NCBI GenBank assembly: GCA_965235115.1
Contig: OZ249440.1
Location: 19,406,001-19,470,000, forward strand
DNA length: 64,000 nucleotides
Reading direction: 5' to 3'
Source: Laetmonice hystrix
Taxonomy: Eukaryota
A program made the translations under genes and the position numbers. Of this stretch, positions 1-12,370 are shown piece after piece. The notes under the pieces were generated by a model. That model saw nothing but the letters and a program-made list of their open reading frames with translations. It was not told where the DNA came from and searched no databases. Each line of letters begins with the position of its first letter. Positions within the stretch are counted from its first letter, which is position 1.

Positions 1-47
1 CCTCCCCGGGGACATCCCCGAATCGGGGATTTTGGTGTGGACTGCTT

Positions 48-733
48 CTGTGACGTTTTGTTAGTGAAACAGTCATCGGGGGATGTCGCCGGGATGTCCC
101 CGTTTTGGGGATGTCCCCGCCTGGGGACAAACATTCTTAGTGAAACGGGCCCCAGACGGTACCACCATCCAGACCATGCTTCTGAGCAGTCCCCACCAAA
201 TCGCTGATAAAATAACATTAATTATAGGTATATCTTTAAGAAAATAAAAGCTAAAATGTGTCTAACCATAAAGTAGAGATCTTGCTTTCTCTGCCCAGTG
301 CCACAAACACGACGTTTGTGTTTACAGAGAGCGCTACGTGACGTCCAAACAAACCATTGTCTGACGTCAAAATAGACAGTGATTCTAGCTGGCACAGTGA
401 ACGGGCATGGTGGACGTCTAAAATAACGTGTTTTAGAATGTTAGTTTGTCATAATCAAACAACATAAGTTGAGCTCGTGATTGTAGTTATAAATATTGTA
501 AAAGGTAAGAAGGCAAAACGCACTACAAAAGGTGTTAAAACAGCATGTTTTAAGTTTCTCTGCTGGGCGAATTATCATCAGCATAAGCGGCAATCGGCGA
601 CCTGTGACGTTTTGTTAGTGAAACAGTCATCGGGGGATGTCGCCGGGATGTCCCCGTTTTGGGGATGTCCCCGCCTGGGGACAAACATTCTTAGTGAAAC
701 GGGCCCCAGACGGTACCACCATCCAGACCATGC
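48..733. repeat. Identical 132-bp direct duplication (48-179 = 602-733) containing a MITE-like terminus
   Basis: Both copies read ctgtgacgttttg...cttagtgaaacgggccccagacggtaccaccatccagaccatgc, offset 554 bp. They contain internal ggggacatcccc/ggggatgtcccc inverted motifs and end in a TIR-like ttagtgaaacgggccc. Confidence 0.7.
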
Positions 734-1793
734 AATCTGGTGATGAGTTAGGTAGTGAATTACACCATGAATGATGTGTTGTCCAAACCCAACAGTTGGC
801 AAGACCTGTTCAACAAGCTCTGTCTAAGTGAAGTAAGTCTTTCTCTGTCAACCACAACTGTCATTATCACACCATCAGTAATATTACTAATAATATCACA
901 CATGATGTAGGTGTAGACCAGTCTGACCTAGACTTCTATGATTATGTGAGTATGATGATTTCAAGATAGTACCAAGAGAAGAAATTATAACAATTCACCT
1001 CTCAATGTAGAGTCTGCCTGGATTGGATAAGATACATAAAGTTATCAAAACAAACAAAAATATTGATAACCAGCATTAAGGTCATCACATAGATCTGCAT
1101 AACACAATGAAATTCAAAGCCGGCGTGCTGATCGATGTCGCGGTCAGTGCATGCTGCATGGCTGGATGTCAGCAGGAGCCGGCCAAATTCTGTGATCCTT
1201 GCCAGGAAATTCCATTTTGGAAATTAGAAAATCCTTTTTTTTTTCCGCTTGAATTTAAAAAATTCTGGTTTTTTTTTTCTGTTTCGAACTTTACACTAGC
1301 ATATGAACGTATAAACCTTTGTATGTGGCAAGTTTGATAACGATTCGTAGTGTATAGTTTTGAAAAATTGCTGATTCAAAATGAGTGTACACGTGCCAGT
1401 GGGCGTCCCGTCCACACCGCCAACCCTCTGCACCGCCTCAGGGCCGCCTCCCGATGACTGCCCTCCCGGTGACGGTCCCCTCCCCACCCCGGCCACTCCG
1501 CCGGGCTACCCTAGGCCCAACGCATCCCGAATGACCGTCCTCCCCTCCCTCCATCCCTCCCTGTCCCCTCTCATGCAGGCCAACTCAGGTGCCAGCTACA
1601 CTGTATGGATACGGTTGGCTGGGGAATGGCTGGCAGTAAAAAGACATAAATTCCATTTTATTCCATTCTACACTGAAAATTCTGTTTCAGATAGGAAATT
1701 CCGCGATTCTGTCCACAATCAGCCCTCAGTAAGCTTCCTTGATCTTATGGTATATGAATGTCATAAAATGTTCTAGTTTATTTTTTGTGATAG

Positions 1794-4700
1794 GAGTGGT
1801 ATCTCTTGTTTATTATGTTAGGACCATGAAAGAAATATGTTTCGCAGGTTGAGTGCTGCAAAATATTAGTGTAATTTTTGTTTAAATTAAACTGTGAATT
1901 TTTCTATTTAAGGGTCGTTGCAGAATCCCATGCATATGTGTCCCAAATCAAAGCTCAAGCACAGGCTGATTCTGATCATGTGTAAGCTTGCTGATGGTAC
2001 GGACCCAAACACGCGTTATGAAGAAGACGAGGACCTTACAGCATTGGAGGAGGTGCTGGAACTCTTCCCAGACCTTCTGGACTGGTGTGACGACCGACGT
2101 GAATGGAACAACTGTGTACTGGAACTTCGCAGACAGGTTTGACATTCTATTATTCTGTCACCAGGTATCATACATACCTGTACAATCCTTAGAACGTCCA
2201 TAGATATTTTTGTTCAAATAAAGTCTTGAGTAATTACTCTCCCTCGTTTGAAAATTTCGAGAAATAAAAATAACATTATTCAGCCTTAGTGAACCCCTGT
2301 ACCAGTGATTTTTACCTAAATTTGAGCAGATCTTTTTAATTGTAACTTGAAAATCAGACTCATGGTCGTAGGTGAAGAACATGGCCTCCTCCCTCCAGGG
2401 ATTCGTTTAAGAGTAGCAGAATCCATCTCCTGTGATTTAAAGAAAGAGGAAGCTTACAAAGCTCATTCTTTCCATTGTAACATGTGACTTGATTTGTTAT
2501 GTTTCGCAGGCGGTGTATGTGTGCTGTGCAGGAAATAATTTCCCCCTTGCACATGAAGTCTATAGGAGAGTTTTCCCAACAGTGGTGAAGAAAGAGAACA
2601 AGGTGATAAAAAAACGTGTACATATAAAAGAGAATGATAAGAGTGTCAAGGATACTTTTTCATCACAGCTACCTCATGTTAATTGACACAAGAAATTGGA
2701 CAAGCCAATATGACTATGAATAATACTGTTTATTTTGTGGTCTAGTTTGGTGCATCAGATTATAATGAAGTTGAATTATTCCAGCGTTTAAAGGCTGAAG
2801 TTATGGCGGCCTTAGAGGAGGAATCGCCGGAGTGTAAATTGATCAGAGCCCACCCTTACTCAGTTCTCCTGGAGAAAGTTATCGTCCTCATAGAGCACAT
2901 CAACAAGCACCATATGACACCATCATCACTGCTGCAAGCTGTACAGAAACAGTTACCAGGATTTACTAGAAATGTACAGACAGATGTCCTACCAGACCTT
3001 CTCGGAGTGTATGTACCAGTCAACAAACAGTCCATTTTCTTGAATTAATGAACTGCATTTATTATTTAAGGCTCATGATTTATTAAAAAAATAATTAAAA
3101 AAATGTCCTGAAAGAAAATTAAGTTCCACAATTTAAGAGCCATGCACATTTTTTACTCTCAGCAGCTAATGATTTAATATTTTCTCCAATATTGGCTAAC
3201 CACTTTACATAGGATTTTGATGTAAGAAAAATGACAGAATACCATGTTTTTGCAGAACTTGAGTAAGCCATGTTTTTTGATGTATTGACAGGACTTTGGA
3301 CCAGCACGAAATGAGAATGTTAATGGAGGAGTCCCAAATGTCATACCTTGCTGGTAAATTTGTAGAGCTGCCAAAGAAATTGCGCCTCCAATGGAATGCA
3401 AAACTTCAAAGGATCAGGAAAGATAGGGTGAGTTTGATTTCTGAAGCTTGATAAAGTTCAGGCCTTTTATGTGGGAGGATTCATGCATTCATTTTTGAAT
3501 GGAAAGGTACCACAACCATTTAAAGGTATGTTCCAGCTGGTGCCCCTCAAAAGTCATTAGTCTAGGAATGCCGTGGTGCTCAATGTATGTACACAATGTA
3601 CACACATGTATTGAAGGTACAATTTATGTATTGATGGCAGAGATAAAATCAATTCAGATCAGTTTCTGGAGTGTGTGAGTCACCAGAATGATTCTGGCAA
3701 ATTTTAATTAAGAATAGGATAAAGAGACCAAGAATGTGACAGGTTGTTTGGTTTAACTTAGTAACCCTGTTATCATTGAATAATTTGTGTTAAAAAAAGG
3801 CTGGACATAACAAATGTTCAATTGCATTGCAGGAATATTATCTGGGCGTAGCTTCTACAGTAGTGCCATCTAGTGAGTAACCTACAAACCATAAGTCTTT
3901 GCATGTCAGTCTGCTCGTTGTGTTGTTAGAAAAACAAGGACTGTTACTGTTAGAGCAGCAGGAGTCATGCCAATCCTTCTTTCCTTTATGTTCTTTTATT
4001 AACTTTAAGAGTTATCTTTTTCTGCATCCCCTGGAAATTCCTATGAAGCACCAAACTTCCACAAGTATGCACAGCTAAAGCCATTCGTACAACACCCTCA
4101 TTCAACTACATTTTGACATTCCTACATTGACCAGCCATAAGTTCAGTCTTATGACTGAAGTGAGAATGTCAGATCACGCAGATTATGCTTTTAGCCTGTG
4201 GTGAGTTCGTATTACAAAATTCAACTGGTACAGACGTCACATAGGCACCTTTACTGATCTAGATAGATCACTGTGAGTTATCAGAAAGTAACATTTGGAC
4301 AAATATTGCCAATTTGAAAACCCATGATGGCGTCAGCACGGGCAGGCGGGTGGGCCCTGGACGGAAGGCAACTGGCAGACAGATAGCCAGGAGAATTGGT
4401 CACTTTGATCACGGATTACAGACAGTTGATGTTGTTGTACAACAACCGTTCCTTTACAGAACAACGACAAATTACAAGTATTATCGGGATCTGGTACAAA
4501 ATTTCATGTTAATTCTGATGTCTGTACCACTTTAAGCAGGTTTGAATTTTGACTACCGGGGTAATTGACTAATTTGACTTGCTTAGAAAGGAGCCGTCAG
4601 ACTATAGGCCACTGATGTGGAGACATCCATGACCTGTAGGTCTGTCAATACGTACAGATTGCCCTCCTCCCTTTACTCAGTTCAATGGTCCCTCAGTCTT

Positions 4701-7700
4701 AGCATGCATGTAAAACTGCCTGCAAGACATTGCAAATTCCACATCTCTGTGGCTAATTCTTACCATATCCCATTAGCTGTGGTAATGAAAACTGAATTTT
4801 GCTTTTTAGTTACAAGAACATTGAATTTTTGGATGAGGCTCTCAGATAGCAGCGTCCTATGAATGTCTAATCGTGCATTTTTGAAAGGACACATGTGGAC
4901 ATGCTGAGAGTGAAGAAAGAATAACATAAATACGCCTACCGGTATATGTAGTCACAGAGAGGCGTTTATTGGCATAAAGACTCACTTGGTCTGAGCGTGT
5001 CTACATATACATACCACAAAGTCAGGAGATAATTGGTCTCTTAACTATCTACTACCGACCTGTGCACATATGAAGACAGTGGCCATCAATTTGAATATAG
5101 CCCAGAACGCTCTTTGGAGCATTGATTACTGCTAGCATGTACTTCAATCACTTACAATTTAACGTGCTGTGTCACTTACAGTAGAGTTGATCACTGCATA
5201 TAAGTACTGGTATTCAGTTGATTGTGTACATGAAAATGTTCAGTGAGAAAAATAAATAAATGAAAACATGAACGAAGGAAACTGAAATATAACTACAAAA
5301 TATAACTACATGTAACCAAATATCTTATGGTCAAGTTACCTGATAGAATTCAATTGGTGTACAAAAACATTCAAGGTGGATAGTGACATAGTGATACAAT
5401 GTATGGCAATTTCTTCTCTTCCCGTCTTTTCCCCTGTAGCCCAATACCGATTTACAATAATCCTTGATGTTAAAGGAATTATTAGTTCGTATATATATCA
5501 AATTTATCTCTTGGAATATTATTTCATAAATAGTTCAAATAAAACATAACCAGTATAATATATTACAGCTGGCACAAATATTGCCACGGATGCTAGAAAG
5601 CACCAGTATGGCACAAAGTCTTGATGGCCTTCATATTGGAGAAGGGATGACAAGTTACTGTCAAGTAGGCCACTGTTAGTGCTCTGGGTTTCAAACCCGG
5701 AAAGAGAGGTTTCAGTTGTAAAACCTCTGGCATTCAGAATCATCTCCAACGTGGCATACTGCTTGGCAACCACTTCCTGAAGTAAAATGCTATCACCATC
5801 GCGACGATACATGTCGACTGTGGTTTTTAGTGACGCGAGAGTGGCGTCTAAAAGCAACAGGTGTGTGTTAGTGGCATTGGTGTTTTGTAACTTTGTGGCG
5901 CGAAGTTGCTTGCAGCTTTCGATGAGCTGAATGGCATCTTCCAATGTTTTCTTGACACCTGGTTGCTGCAGGCCGATTTGTTGGGAAAAACTGTGAGTGA
6001 AGCTGGAAGAGTCTGAGCTAGTGTTGCTAATGGCAGAGGTGCTGCTTAGCAACATGGACGGCAGGTCATTCTCAGAACTTGGAGATGTACTCCAGGTCCC
6101 TGATTTGGAGAGCTTAGTAGCACTTGGTGTCGAGGTGAGAGGTGTCGAAGTCCTTGATGTAGATATCCTGTGTGTAGTACTTGGTGTTCTAGGCGGAGTT
6201 CTTTGTATAGTGTCCCTGGGCGTAGAGCATCTAGGCGTAGAAGTTCTGGGTGTTGTGGGCCTAGGTGTTGTGGCCCGAGGTGTAGAAGTTCTGGGTGTTG
6301 TGGGCCTAGGTGTTGTGGCCCGAGGTGTAGAAGTTCTGAGTGTTGTGGCCTTAGGTGTAGAGGTCCTAGGTTGTAGCAGTCGGCGGGGGCTGTCGGGTGG
6401 TGGGCAGCGAGTTGGAGTTTGTACTGGAGGGAGTGATGTGTGACACGTTTCTCCTGACGTTTCACAGCCTGAAGAGGGGCGGAGGTCCCTGGATCGGGTG
6501 GTTGACCTTGTCCTGTATGGCCTTTCTTGGCTAGGTGTCAAAACAGGAGGTTTTTCTGGCAAAAGTTGTCTTGAATTTGCTGCAAGTCGACCAAGCTGTG
6601 GAGAGGTAGTAGAATAGTTGCAAGAAGCTTCCGTGCCAGAAGCTGATGTGATGAAGGATTTCTTTGCCGGTGTGCGACGCATGCACACAAAAACCCATTT
6701 GTCGCTCCTTGGGTCTTCAAAGACTTCATTTTCACTGTTTGATGAGTCACTGAATGGGTCAAAACTGAGGGAACCATCAGCCTTGTCAGTAGTGGAGAAC
6801 GCATTTAGGGGAAACACAGGTCCGAGGTCGTCAACAAAAAGTGGATCAAACTCATACCTGTCAAAAATTAGAGCTTTTCCCCGGAATTTTCTTTGTTTGA
6901 GTTTGTTTTGAAGGGGTTTACTGTGACTTTTGCTGCCTTGGTCGTGCTCCATGATCATGCGAGTGTCGCCAGGGATGCTGGTGGGTGCTAACTTTGATAG
7001 CGTGTCACAAGGCATGGGTTTGTCTGGTCCCAAAACCTCGACCTTGATCGGGTCATTTGGGCCCTTATCTTTCACCTTGTGAATCTCGCCCGGTGTCAGT
7101 GGGCTGACCTGAACATTTTCACATGACTCCAGTACTTTGACCCTGACAGATTCATGGTGTACGGAAACTTTGTCCTTGATTAATTCATCTAGTGTTGTTT
7201 CTTTCTCTGCAATAATCTTGCCTGGTTTCCAATATTTGACCTTGACAAACTCATTAGGTCCTAAATCTTCGACTTTAGTGCTACCTCTGCAGGAGTAAAC
7301 ATTGGTGACGTCACAGTTCTGAAGTTTGACGTCACAGGGCTGGAGATTCACATCTTTCTTTTCTCGACTCGGAGCCATCGTGATGTGGGTTGCAGGACTT
7401 TAACTTTAACGGGAAATGTCGGTCTTTACGGAGGAGACTTGGCTGCAGGCTTTAATGTCAGTGATGAGATCAAGATGAGTTCATAAGTTTGTGTAGAAAT
7501 CTTCTCGTCCGTCGACACAAGAAGAGTTCTATTTAAAGAGTCGCATCTTGTGCTTGAATGTTGCTATCTCATAATGTCGGAAGTTCTTGAATGGCAACAT
7601 GGAGCATTTTTTCAGGAATCATACAAAGTTCGCCTGAAGTGATGTGGCCAGATGTTTGTGCACGTTACTTGCCTTTCGATTTTAGTAACCTCGGTGGTGC

Positions 7701-10700
7701 TGTAGGTGGTAGCCTGTAGGTTGTGTCCGCTGGAATGTCTTGTATTCTTGTATCTCCCACCGTCGGTCGAGTGAGGACCAAGGTTCGGGTCGCTGAGATG
7801 GACCGGCCTGCCGTGTGAGGAGTTCTGTATGTGACAACCTACAGTTCGGACTGTGGGTGATGGGACCTGGGGGATACATAATATAGGGTTGGGTTGGGGG
7901 TGGTGGGAGATGGTGGGTAGGGGTGGGAGGGGGGTTGTACCCCATTGTGAGGTGGCGGACGTGTCTGAACATGTTGGGGTGAACGCGCGGGGTGAGTGGC
8001 GGGGTGTTGGTGGGAGCGTGGGTGGGTGGGTGGGTGGAGCGGGGTGGGGGGGGGGGGGCGGCAAGTCGTGTTGGCAGAGCCGTTCGAGGGCAGTCAAACG
8101 TGACACCTCAGTGAAGACATGACATTTTACTGAACCCACTTTGAGACTTTGTCAATCGTTTGTAGATGGTGCACTCAGTCAGTGGTGGATGTTAGAGTGT
8201 CAGTCAAATTACCGTCCATGATTGACGGTCGATGTAGGCCTAGTGAAACTTTCAGATTTACAATTCATTAATCCAGGGACTTTACACCTTGGTGATCGTA
8301 CATTTAAAAAAAGCTACAAAATATGTGACATTTTCTAAAAGAGCCAGCTGTTGATATTTCAAATACTTAAGCTTACAAATACCGGTAGTTTGCCGGTTGT
8401 GTTGTTCATCTAGTTTCTCCTTTGACAGGAGATAATAAAAACGTCTCTTCAAATTGAAATTGTTTCATGGATTTCAGGGAAGGCATCTGACAAGATCAAT
8501 CCAGAAGAAGCGGAATGAGAAAATGGATTTTGATTGCCTGGACCCCTACCCCCCAAATTTCCCCCTGCCTCGCATATATACATGTACATATATTGACTTT
8601 ATCATTATTTCTCTGTTTCTTTGAAGGTGGTGGAGACTCAGACGTGGTTGAAGAAAGGTGAGTTTGGAAAATGTCAAATAACGCCTTTATACATGGTTAT
8701 CACATGTGTAACCAGTTAAACTTTCCTGATCATCTGTTACACGATTCCTCTTCATCTTCAGAGTATACATATTTATCTAAATATATTCCCGGGGTACCAG
8801 TAGGTCCGTTAGGGAAAGTACGCCGGAAAGAAGACATCGCCTTGTGAAAGATGCAGATGATAGGATCAACAGTTTGCGGAGAGCAATAAAAGTGATGCAG
8901 TATGTCAATTTAAAAAAAATTGTTGCTAATATTGACACCAATGAAATTTAGTCTCTTTAGCTAACTATGGTGTGAGATCAACAGTTTGTGGAGAACAATA
9001 AAAATGATGCAGTATGTCAATTTTAAAGAAATCTTGCTAATATTGACACCACTGAAATTGAGTCCCTTTAGCTAATTAGGGTGTGAGAGAAATGGAATGT
9101 TTCATCCAACAAAGTGTGAAACACGGATTAGGGAAAAGATTATGGACTGATCTAAAACTGAAGCAACTACTAGACCTTTCATGACACTGACATTCAATGT
9201 ACTGAGACTTAGGTGTTAATCATAGCTGGCAGAGAGTGGTCACTGACCTGAGTGACACCTGGCTGAGTGTTGAACTCTGTTAACAGGAAGAACCACGACC
9301 CAGATACGAAATCAACTAGACCGAGAGACAGCTCTGGCAGTACTAGCTCACCCGAACCAGCGTCTCCCCAGGTGGAAAGAAAAAGGTGTTTCTCTAAAGG
9401 TTTCATCATTCCCAGAGGGCTCTACGGAACTGTCAGATTTTCAAGGTTCCATTTGTAAGGAAGAGTTAGCTGTGTGTGCTGCCTTAACTGTAATCTGCAG
9501 CATATTTAAAAGTGTTTAAAAACAAGCTTTGAAAACAACTGCCTTCCATTACAGAGAGCCCAGCAAACGTAAGCATGGTGACAGAGACAGAGGTTCAGGG
9601 AAAAAGAGGCCACAGAGAAACACAGAATCCCCAAAGTCAGACAGCTCAGATATGAGTGATTCGGGAAACGAGACCTCAGATAAGCGGTAAGACAAAAAAA
9701 AAAGTTACGTTTCTTGTCCTTTCAAATAAAAAGGTTGGTGCGGTGACGCAGTTTAAAAAAAACGTTCTTTCTTTTTGATGCAACCAGACAATGGCCGATT
9801 CTTCGAATGCAATTGCTGTTGGGTACATGAAGAAATCATGAAGAAAAAACTAATGCAATGATGTTCAATGTTTTTATTAAAGAGTGTGTAAAACTCACAT
9901 AAAAGGCAATAAGACTAACAGAAAAAAACAAACGCCAAAGAAAAAAAAGGCTTTTTAGGTGATGTGCGCCGGGACAAGAAACAAATTTGTTTGCCTAATT
10001 CTACTGGTGGTCCAGCATGTAAGACCATTGCTGGCTGGCCTATAGGATCAATAGAGTTTCAGAGCATGGGATTTCTTTTTCATAGCACTTGTTACAATTA
10101 GCGTTAATATCATGACATTATTAGATTTCTATTTGTGAGAAATTCTTATCTTTTTGAAAATCATGTTAAATTTACTGAAATATAAACTATGGGAGATCAT
10201 TGACTAAATGCTTCATATCGTTTGCCTTTTGTCCTGTAGAGACATTCGCACATTCAGATTTCGGCGGAATGAAAACCGTGAAGATCGCCATGCAATGGCA
10301 GAAGACGAAGATGAGGACAAGAGAACAGATTTACCAGACCTAGAAGGTACCAAACTTGAAGACTGTTATTCTGAAAGCCAAGTTGGTAAAGCAGGATTTA
10401 CTTGGGTCATGAGTGAGAAAATTTCAGTCATAAAAATACATGTATGTGTGCATGAATTTCTGGCCTTCAGCAGAGTTTGTTGTTGATGCTCTAGGTGGGG
10501 GTGACAGGAGATCGTCTGAGATAGGAAAGGTTTCTTGCGGACTTCCTGCTGCGCGGCGCCTCAGGCGTAGTCTGGCCCTCGACGTGAGCACTAGGGTGCC
10601 GGGCAAGAGGTTGCCTTGGACTGATGAGGAAGAGTTGGACTTGTATTTTGCAGTAGTGGTAAGAATACAATTGGAGCACCTTGAGGGCAATGATGGTTAC

Positions 10701-10940
10701 GGGTCTGGAATAGACTAATAGCGTGGCACCCATTGTTAAAATATATATTTAGGGTCAGTTCTGCTAAATATTTATGACTCAAACTTATTGTTTCAGGACT
10801 GTGGAGTCGGCAACTGGGCCCAAATTCAGAAGGCATATGGTTTTGACAATCGCACCAATGTTAATTTAAAGGACAAGTGGAGGACCATGGTGAACACAGG
10901 GCGCAAGCAGAAACTTGATAAGAAATATGGGAATTCTTAA
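1794..10940 (+). CDS. TERF: Telomeric repeat-binding factor (TRF1/TRF2-like), multi-exon; 5' end unresolved
   Basis: Phase-consistent GT-AG exons at 1794-1847, 1913-2136, 2510-2602, 2785-3008, 3292-3427, 3833-3872, 8627-8657, 8804-8899, 9287-9385, 9555-9686, 10240-10385, 10471-10658 and 10797-10940. N-terminal exons resemble a TRFH domain ([63 protein letters not shown]). The last two exons give a telobox Myb ([49 protein letters not shown]). Linker exons and exon 1794-1847 are less certain. A candidate further exon at 752-832 could not be joined in phase. TRF1 versus TRF2 orthology cannot be assigned. Confidence 0.88.
5519..7378 (-). CDS. Intronless 619-aa Ser/Thr/Pro-rich protein with C-terminal transmembrane segment, nested antisense in the TRF intron; unknown family
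   Basis: Uninterrupted 1860-nt ORF. It has [15 protein letters not shown] pentapeptide repeats (about 6115-6370), a helical-looking segment ([32 protein letters not shown]) and a hydrophobic C-terminus ([27 protein letters not shown]) followed by ELFMK*. No signal peptide. AATAAA on the - strand at 4965-4970. Confidence 0.72.
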   Translation of the reverse strand: MAPSREKKDVNLQPCDVKLQNCDVTNVYSCRGSTKVEDLGPNEFVKVKYWKPGKIIAEKETTLDELIKDKVSVHHESVRVKVLESCENVQVSPLTPGEIHKVKDKGPNDPIKVEVLGPDKPMPCDTLSKLAPTSIPGDTRMIMEHDQGSKSHSKPLQNKLKQRKFRGKALIFDRYEFDPLFVDDLGPVFPLNAFSTTDKADGSLSFDPFSDSSNSENEVFEDPRSDKWVFVCMRRTPAKKSFITSASGTEASCNYSTTSPQLGRLAANSRQLLPEKPPVLTPSQERPYRTRSTTRSRDLRPSSGCETSGETCHTSLPPVQTPTRCPPPDSPRRLLQPRTSTPKATTLRTSTPRATTPRPTTPRTSTPRATTPRPTTPRTSTPRCSTPRDTIQRTPPRTPSTTHRISTSRTSTPLTSTPSATKLSKSGTWSTSPSSENDLPSMLLSSTSAISNTSSDSSSFTHSFSQQIGLQQPGVKKTLEDAIQLIESCKQLRATKLQNTNATNTHLLLLDATLASLKTTVDMYRRDGDSILLQEVVAKQYATLEMILNARGFTTETSLSGFETQSTNSGLLDSNLSSLLQYEGHQDFVPYWCFLASVAIFVPAVIYYTGYVLFELFMK

Positions 10941-11769
10941 AATGGAAGAAGGGCTTGGCGGGGGGGGGGGGGGGTGTTCTTGCTTGTTCACAGATGTCAT
11001 TCTGACGTAATTGCAGGAGTTGTATACTCTCAGTAGATTTTAGAGGCAACAATGATATTTCATTTCTTTTGTATATATTACACCCATTGTTGTAGGAAGT
11101 GATTGAAGATCTGTTGGTGGTCCTGATGTGAGGTGGGATTTTACACATCATTGTAAATCTCGGACAGAGAGAAAATAAAACGATTATGAGGAACTTCGGA
11201 GAAACTTTCTTGGAAACTAACATATATTTTCGCAGTTTTATTATTGCTTATTTAGTGCATTATTTTTATTTTGATGAGCCGAAAGCTATTTTCACAGAAA
11301 TATTTATACCGGCCATCTCATGCATGTTGTAGTTGTGGCCAAGATAGTTATTTCCAGCCACTTGCCTTTGTAAGCGACCGTAGGAAGAAGATGAGCAGAA
11401 AGCTCCTTACTTGCATGTCTCCCATGCAATTTAATATGTTCTGTAAATAACGCAGAGGCATCTAGAAATCTGTCAGCTCTGGGTGCCTTGAGATGATTCC
11501 TCTTAATAAAAAACAAAATTTCTGTTAAATGCTGTTGTCTGTTGTTTTTATTATATGACAAATAGTTCCATATTAAGGCCTGCTTGGTGAACAAAAGTAA
11601 AGAATGCACGAAGACTCATATTTAAAGATATCCTATCACCGCATATAAAACCGCCATAACTGATGCCACTATTATTTTCGAATACGTCGAATCATGTACT
11701 TCTGTTTATTGTATTCTATTAGTATGGCCAACCATACCCGTACAACAACAACCCCCCCCCCCCCACCTC

Positions 11770-12370
11770 AAATGATGCAGGTTGAATCGAGAGTGAAGTT
11801 GGTCCCTTGACCTCAAACAAACGATATAGATTGAAATGGCAGTTGATCCCTTGACCGTAAACGATGTATGCTGAATTTACCGTTGATCCATTGACCTCAA
11901 ACGATGCAGGTTAAATAGAGTGGATCCCTTGATTTCAAACGATGTAAGTTAAATGACCAGTTGATCCCTTGACTTCAAACGATGTAGGTTGAATAACCAG
12001 TCGATCCTTTGACTTCAAAACGATGTAGGTTCGATAGAGTTGATCCCTTGACCTCAAACGATGAATAGGTTGAATGATCAGTTCATCCCTTGACTTCAAA
12101 CGATGTAGGCCTAGGTCGAATTGAGAGTTCATCCCTTGAGTTCAAAACAATGTAGGTTGAATAACCAGTTGATCCCTTGACCACAAACGATGCATGTTGA
12201 ATAGAGTTAATCTCTAGACCTCAAATGATTCAGGTTGAATGACCAGTTGATCCCTTGATCTCAAACGGTGTAGGTTGAATGACCAGTTGATCCCTTGACC
12301 TTGCAGAGTTGATTCCCTGACTTCAAACGACGGAAGTTGAATTGAGAGTTGATCACTTGAACCCAAACGA
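11770..12370. repeat. About 40-bp minisatellite (~15 degenerate units) in the 3' UTR of ADAMTS-like copy A
   Basis: Consensus approx. cagttgatcccttgacctcaaacgatgtaggttgaatgac. The last unit overlaps the gene's stop codon. Confidence 0.85.

Noticed and set aside
1381-1776. 131-aa Pro-rich ORF
   Set aside because: Driven by a C-rich low-complexity tract; no motif and not joinable to the TRF exons.
3213-3525. Apparent ultra-short introns (29 nt at 3263-3291, 34 nt at 3428-3461) linking open frames in the TRF gene
   Set aside because: A phase-consistent model with normal introns exists (3008->3292 and 3427->3833), so the tiny introns are unnecessary.
5997-6465. ORFs 5997-6443, 6046-6465 and 6170-6376
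   Set aside because: Alternative-frame or antisense shadows of the 15-nt coding repeat.
5519-7378. A TRFH-binding [F/Y]xLxP motif in the nested protein
   Set aside because: Three LGP motifs occur (EDLGP, EVLGP, DDLGP), but none has F/Y at -2, so there is no sequence support for direct TRF binding.
7612-8139. 175-aa Pro/His-rich ORF upstream of the nested gene
   Set aside because: Low-complexity C-rich sequence separated from the main ORF by stops in all frames; no domain or splice support.
10471-10940. Alternative identification as TERB1 because of the C-terminal Myb
   Set aside because: The upstream exons match a TRFH domain rather than ARM repeats.
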